Shown here: one piece after another, positions 44,637 to 48,062 of the stretch
Layout of the letters: each line of letters starts with the position of its first letter
Numbering within the stretch: position 1 is the first letter of the stretch
Origin: a virus
Taxonomy: Duplodnaviria; Caudoviricetes
Length of the DNA: 48,062 bases
IMG/VR virus record: IMGVR_UViG_3300048881_000104
Location: 1 to 48,062 of that record
Direction: 5' to 3' (one strand)
Notes under the pieces: generated by a model
Seen by the model: only the letters and a program-made list of their open reading frames with translations
Told to the model about the DNA's origin: nothing
Database searches by the model: none
Translations under genes and position numbers: made by a program

Positions 44637-45913
44637 TGCAATTTTTAACAGGTTATGATTTACAAACAATCTTAACTTCTGATGAACCAAAGGTTTGTTT
44701 GTATTTACTTTCAGATCCAGAGATACATCCTTTATTAAATTCTTTGTCTTGTATGTACATTAAGACCCAAGATGCAGAATACTATTCTTCGTTTACTCAC
44801 GTTGACCACCCCCACCAAGATTATCAAGGCTTGGTTCTACGAAATGCTTTTGTGTATGACATAAAGCAATTATTACATTTGGGGATGGATGTACAAAATT
44901 GTTTTGATTTAAAATATTTTGATAATACGGAAGTTTACAATCAACTTTCTACTTTTTATTCTGTCCGGTTAAGTCAAGTTTCTAATTTGAATTCGGTGAT
45001 TCCCATTTATTCTCATTTGGAAACGCTTCAACAAATTGCTCAATCGTTAGATGTAGCTTCGTTAGATAAGAGGAAGGATGTTTTTGATCAGAAGTATTTA
45101 ACTGCATATCATAATATTATTCCTTATGTCTTTTCTAAAATAGAATCTGAGGGACTGTTTGTTGACCACGATACGTTTTTGAATTCATTTGGATTGGAAA
45201 GGCGTAATTTAATTAATGATGATAAGGTTTTAACTAACTATAATCATTACACCACCACAGGCAGACCCAGTAACGCATATGGTGGAATCAACTATGCTGC
45301 TCTCAATAAGGCCGATAGTTCTAGAACCTCATTTGTTTCTAGACATGAGAATGGTAAATTGGTAAACATGGATTTTAATGGTTATCATTTATTTTTAGTT
45401 GCAGATCAGATTGGCATGGAACTTCCAGAAGACCCACATACAATGTTGGGTCAACAGTATTTTAAAACAACGGAACTAACACCGAAACAATATAAAGAAT
45501 CAAAGGTAATAACTTTTAGAAATCTTTATGGATATCAATTAGAAGATATTGCAAAAGATATTCCATTGTTTCGTAATGTCGATGCGTTTCAAGATACTTT
45601 GTGGACAGATTATCAAAGACAGGGTAAGTTGGTCACAAGGTTTGGCAAAAAGATTGTGGTGGAGAACGCTACACGAAATAAAGTATTTAATTATTTTGTT
45701 CAATCAGTGGAAGCTGAAACAAATATTAAATACTTGTACAATCTTATAAAACAAGATATAATTCCAATTCTTTATACTTATGATTCAATGCTTTTTGACG
45801 TAGAGGAGGCTAAAGTTGATAATTTAATTAATATTTTACGGGAAGTATTGAAACATCCGTTTTCAATTTCCATCGGTGATAATTTGAAAAATATGAAATT
45901 TGAATATTTTTAA
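44636..45913 (+). CDS. Short family-A DNA polymerase-like protein
   Basis: TTTGRPSN..INYAAL, motif A MDFNGYH, motif B SKVITFRNLYG, NYFVQ, motif C YTYDSMLF. Confidence 0.8.
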   Translation: MQFLTGYDLQTILTSDEPKVCLYLLSDPEIHPLLNSLSCMYIKTQDAEYYSSFTHVDHPHQDYQGLVLRNAFVYDIKQLLHLGMDVQNCFDLKYFDNTEVYNQLSTFYSVRLSQVSNLNSVIPIYSHLETLQQIAQSLDVASLDKRKDVFDQKYLTAYHNIIPYVFSKIESEGLFVDHDTFLNSFGLERRNLINDDKVLTNYNHYTTTGRPSNAYGGINYAALNKADSSRTSFVSRHENGKLVNMDFNGYHLFLVADQIGMELPEDPHTMLGQQYFKTTELTPKQYKESKVITFRNLYGYQLEDIAKDIPLFRNVDAFQDTLWTDYQRQGKLVTRFGKKIVVENATRNKVFNYFVQSVEAETNIKYLYNLIKQDIIPILYTYDSMLFDVEEAKVDNLINILREVLKHPFSISIGDNLKNMKFEYF

Positions 45914-45949
45914 ACCTATTTATAGACAATTCCAACAGAGGGATTGTCT

Positions 45950-46384
45950 ATGGAGACACAGTTACTTTGCACTTTCTGTAAATTAGATGAGTTGGTTAGA
46001 GATCATCTTATGGACGGAAACTTCATCAAAACATGCTATCAGATCTCAGAAAAATATCAAGTAGTTTCAGATAAGATTTTTATCTTAGAGAACATGGAAG
46101 ACGAACAACAGTTAATTCTAACATACAATGTTATAGAAGCGGATTTAAATGACGTTTTAAATTCTACAATATCCGTTCATCGCAAAAAACAAACTAATAC
46201 CATTTATACTATTAATGCTCTTAATAAATTAATCATGGAAAAGAATAATGGAATCCTAGATAAAAGATTTAGAGTTGATTGGGAAGAATTAGAGAATATG
46301 GTTTTGGTCACCGCATATGGTAAATTGAAAAAGATACCAACACAAGTAAAACAAATTTTAAGATTAGATGAAATTACGGAATAA
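45950..46384 (+). CDS. Hypothetical phage protein
   Basis: QLLCTF...TISVHRKKQTNTIYTINALN. TATTTATA 25 nt upstream. Confidence 0.75.
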   Translation: METQLLCTFCKLDELVRDHLMDGNFIKTCYQISEKYQVVSDKIFILENMEDEQQLILTYNVIEADLNDVLNSTISVHRKKQTNTIYTINALNKLIMEKNNGILDKRFRVDWEELENMVLVTAYGKLKKIPTQVKQILRLDEITE

Positions 46385-46436
46385 GTTACAAATTTAAACT
46401 AAATATACTTAATAATAATAAACTTTAAACTACCCC

Positions 46437-46465
46437 TTGACAATTAATACTAAACTAGTTACATT
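46437..46465 (+). promoter_or_regulatory. Sigma70-type promoter for SSB-recombinase operon
   Basis: TTGACA-17 nt-TACATT, then AAGGAG SD. Confidence 0.75.
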
Positions 46466-46508
46466 ATGTAGTGTTAAATTTTAAACCCTAAACCATAAGG
46501 AGAAAATT

Positions 46509-47288
46509 ATGGCTCTTGACATTGCTGCACTTCGTGCCAAGTTAAACACTTTTCAAGGACAAACTAAGCGGACATCCGCTTTTTGGAGGCCGACAGAAGG
46601 CCGTTCCCAAGTACGGATTGTTCCGTTAGAGGACTGTCCCGAAAACCCTTTCATTGAACTCTACTTCCATTATCTTGGAGGCCGGAGTCACCTAAGTCCA
46701 ATTTCCCGCGGCAATCGCGATCCGATTGCAGAGTTCGCTGAGAATCTTCGTGCTGAAGGTTCGCGTGATGCTTATCAACAGGCTCGTGCTTTTATGCCTA
46801 AACTTCGTACCTTCGTTCCCGTAGTGGTTCGTGGTGAGGAAGATAAGGGTGTACGTTTTTACTCTTTCGGTAAGACCGTCTATCAAGCACTCCTTTCTTA
46901 TATAGCCGATCCAGATTATGGTGATATTACTCATATCGAAACTGGTCGTGACATTGTAGTTGATTATACTCCACAGGAGAAGAGTGATACTAACTTTGCT
47001 AAGACAACTATTTTAGTGAAGCCAAATCAGACTCCTCTTTCAGAAGATTCTGAGTTGGTCGAACGTTGGACAACCAACCAACCACAAGCTGATAAACTTT
47101 TTAAGGAACCAACTTTTGAAGAGTTGTCTGCTGTTCTACAGCGTTATCTTGATCCTAATTCATCGGATGAAGATTCTAGTGTAACTGAACAGGTAACTGC
47201 GCCTGCTACAGTACAAAAGAATGCTAAAGCATCTGATGATACGGTTAAGTCAGCAGTAGATGAGTTTGAGTCCCTATTTTCAGAATAA
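46509..47288 (+). CDS. Single-stranded DNA-binding protein (gp32-like)
   Basis: FWRP..G..VRIVP, DPIAEF, FGKTVY..L..DPDYGDITH.ETGRD, acidic tail DEFESLF. Confidence 0.85.
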   Translation: MALDIAALRAKLNTFQGQTKRTSAFWRPTEGRSQVRIVPLEDCPENPFIELYFHYLGGRSHLSPISRGNRDPIAEFAENLRAEGSRDAYQQARAFMPKLRTFVPVVVRGEEDKGVRFYSFGKTVYQALLSYIADPDYGDITHIETGRDIVVDYTPQEKSDTNFAKTTILVKPNQTPLSEDSELVERWTTNQPQADKLFKEPTFEELSAVLQRYLDPNSSDEDSSVTEQVTAPATVQKNAKASDDTVKSAVDEFESLFSE

Positions 47289-47299
47289 GGGGCTAGCTC

Positions 47300-48062
47300 A
47301 TGGCTGTCAAAAAGAAGGTAAAGACGCCATCCCGTGATGAGATGGCACAAGTTATCGCTGATAGCTTGAACTCTTTGATGTCCGAAGAAGACCAAGTTGC
47401 GTTCTTCTTAGACGGCTATGACGATACCCCAGTTGATTTAAACGATTGGGTACCTACAGGTGCCACCATGCTTGATTTGGCGATTGCAAATCGTCCGCAT
47501 GGTGGTTTGCCTGTGGGTAGGATAGTAGAAATTACAGGATTAGAACAGTCAGGTAAGAGTTTACTAGCCGCACACGTTATAGCTAATACTCAAAAGAGAG
47601 GTGGTGTCGGTGTTATTATTGATACCGAATCTGCTGTACATGATGATTTTTATCGTGCTATAGGTCTTGACATGTCCAAGTTGGTTTATGTTCATGCTGA
47701 GGCAATAGAAGATGTCTTTGAGATGATAACCAATATCATTGAGAAGGTCAGAAAAACCGATAAGGATAAGATTGTTACTATTGTAGTAGATTCTGTTTCT
47801 TCTGCTTCGACCAAGAGTGAAATAGAATCTAAGTTTACTAAGGATGGTTATGCAACTGATAAGGCAATCATTCTAAGTAAGGCTATGAGAAAGGTTACGA
47901 ATATGTTAGCCAAACAACGTATTCTATTAATCTTTACTAATCAGTTAAGACAGAAGATGAATGCAATGCCGTTCGCAGATCAGTACACTACTTCTGGAGG
48001 AATGTCACTTCGATTCCATTCATCAGTTCGTTTGAGATTGAAGATGGTTTCAAAGATAAAAA
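47300..48062 (+). CDS. uvsX: RecA/UvsX recombinase (3' truncated, missing from the ORF track)
   Basis: ATG 47300. TGATMLDLAI, GGLPVGRIVEITGLEQSGKS (Walker A), IDTE, IVVDSV (Walker B), FTNQLR, TSGG. Confidence 0.95.
   Translation, partial: MAVKKKVKTPSRDEMAQVIADSLNSLMSEEDQVAFFLDGYDDTPVDLNDWVPTGATMLDLAIANRPHGGLPVGRIVEITGLEQSGKSLLAAHVIANTQKRGGVGVIIDTESAVHDDFYRAIGLDMSKLVYVHAEAIEDVFEMITNIIEKVRKTDKDKIVTIVVDSVSSASTKSEIESKFTKDGYATDKAIILSKAMRKVTNMLAKQRILLIFTNQLRQKMNAMPFADQYTTSGGMSLRFHSSVRLRLKMVSKIK

Noticed and set aside
1-48062. Stop-codon reassignment
   Set aside because: Core genes are full length in code 11, and TAG and TGA both end genes at sensible boundaries.
1-48062. tRNA genes, CRISPR arrays, introns, inteins, integrase or IS elements
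   Set aside because: Intergenic gaps are short with no cloverleaf or repeat-spacer pattern visible. Terminase, portal, MCP and helicase look uninterrupted. tRNAscan-SE and Infernal were not run.

Overview
The window is the virion-morphogenesis block of a large T4-superfamily myovirus (standard genetic code, almost all genes on +). It resembles the large bS21-encoding phages. Gene order: end of an S74-chaperoned fibre, accessory/head-associated proteins, terminase, portal, prohead protease, a Pol-beta-like nucleotidyltransferase, bS21, scaffold, major capsid, neck, sheath, tube, a fibre cluster, a SNF2 helicase, tail/baseplate chaperone, tape measure, baseplate genes, a short PolA-like protein, gp32-like SSB and a truncated UvsX/RecA. 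The most notable observations: (1) a 900-aa protein joining a HIGH nucleotidyltransferase, an HNH-like module and an RNA-ligase-like KxDG domain, with both nucleotidyltransferases followed by the same 32-aa tag and modules separated by candidate prohead-protease sites; (2) an unannotated +1/-2 frameshift ORF at TTT-TTT-TGG just upstream of the tape measure gene; (3) a possible daisy-chain fibre system of a shared MANEFIARKGL N-terminal peptide and a shared C-terminal domain; (4) an exported cytochrome c / copper type II monooxygenase behind a late-promoter motif; (5) a circularly permuted M23 peptidase inside the baseplate hub; (6) a sense-strand TATTTATA promoter motif. Sigma70 promoters and Shine-Dalgarno use argue against a Bacteroidota host. 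All family assignments come from motif recognition by eye; no database search was run.
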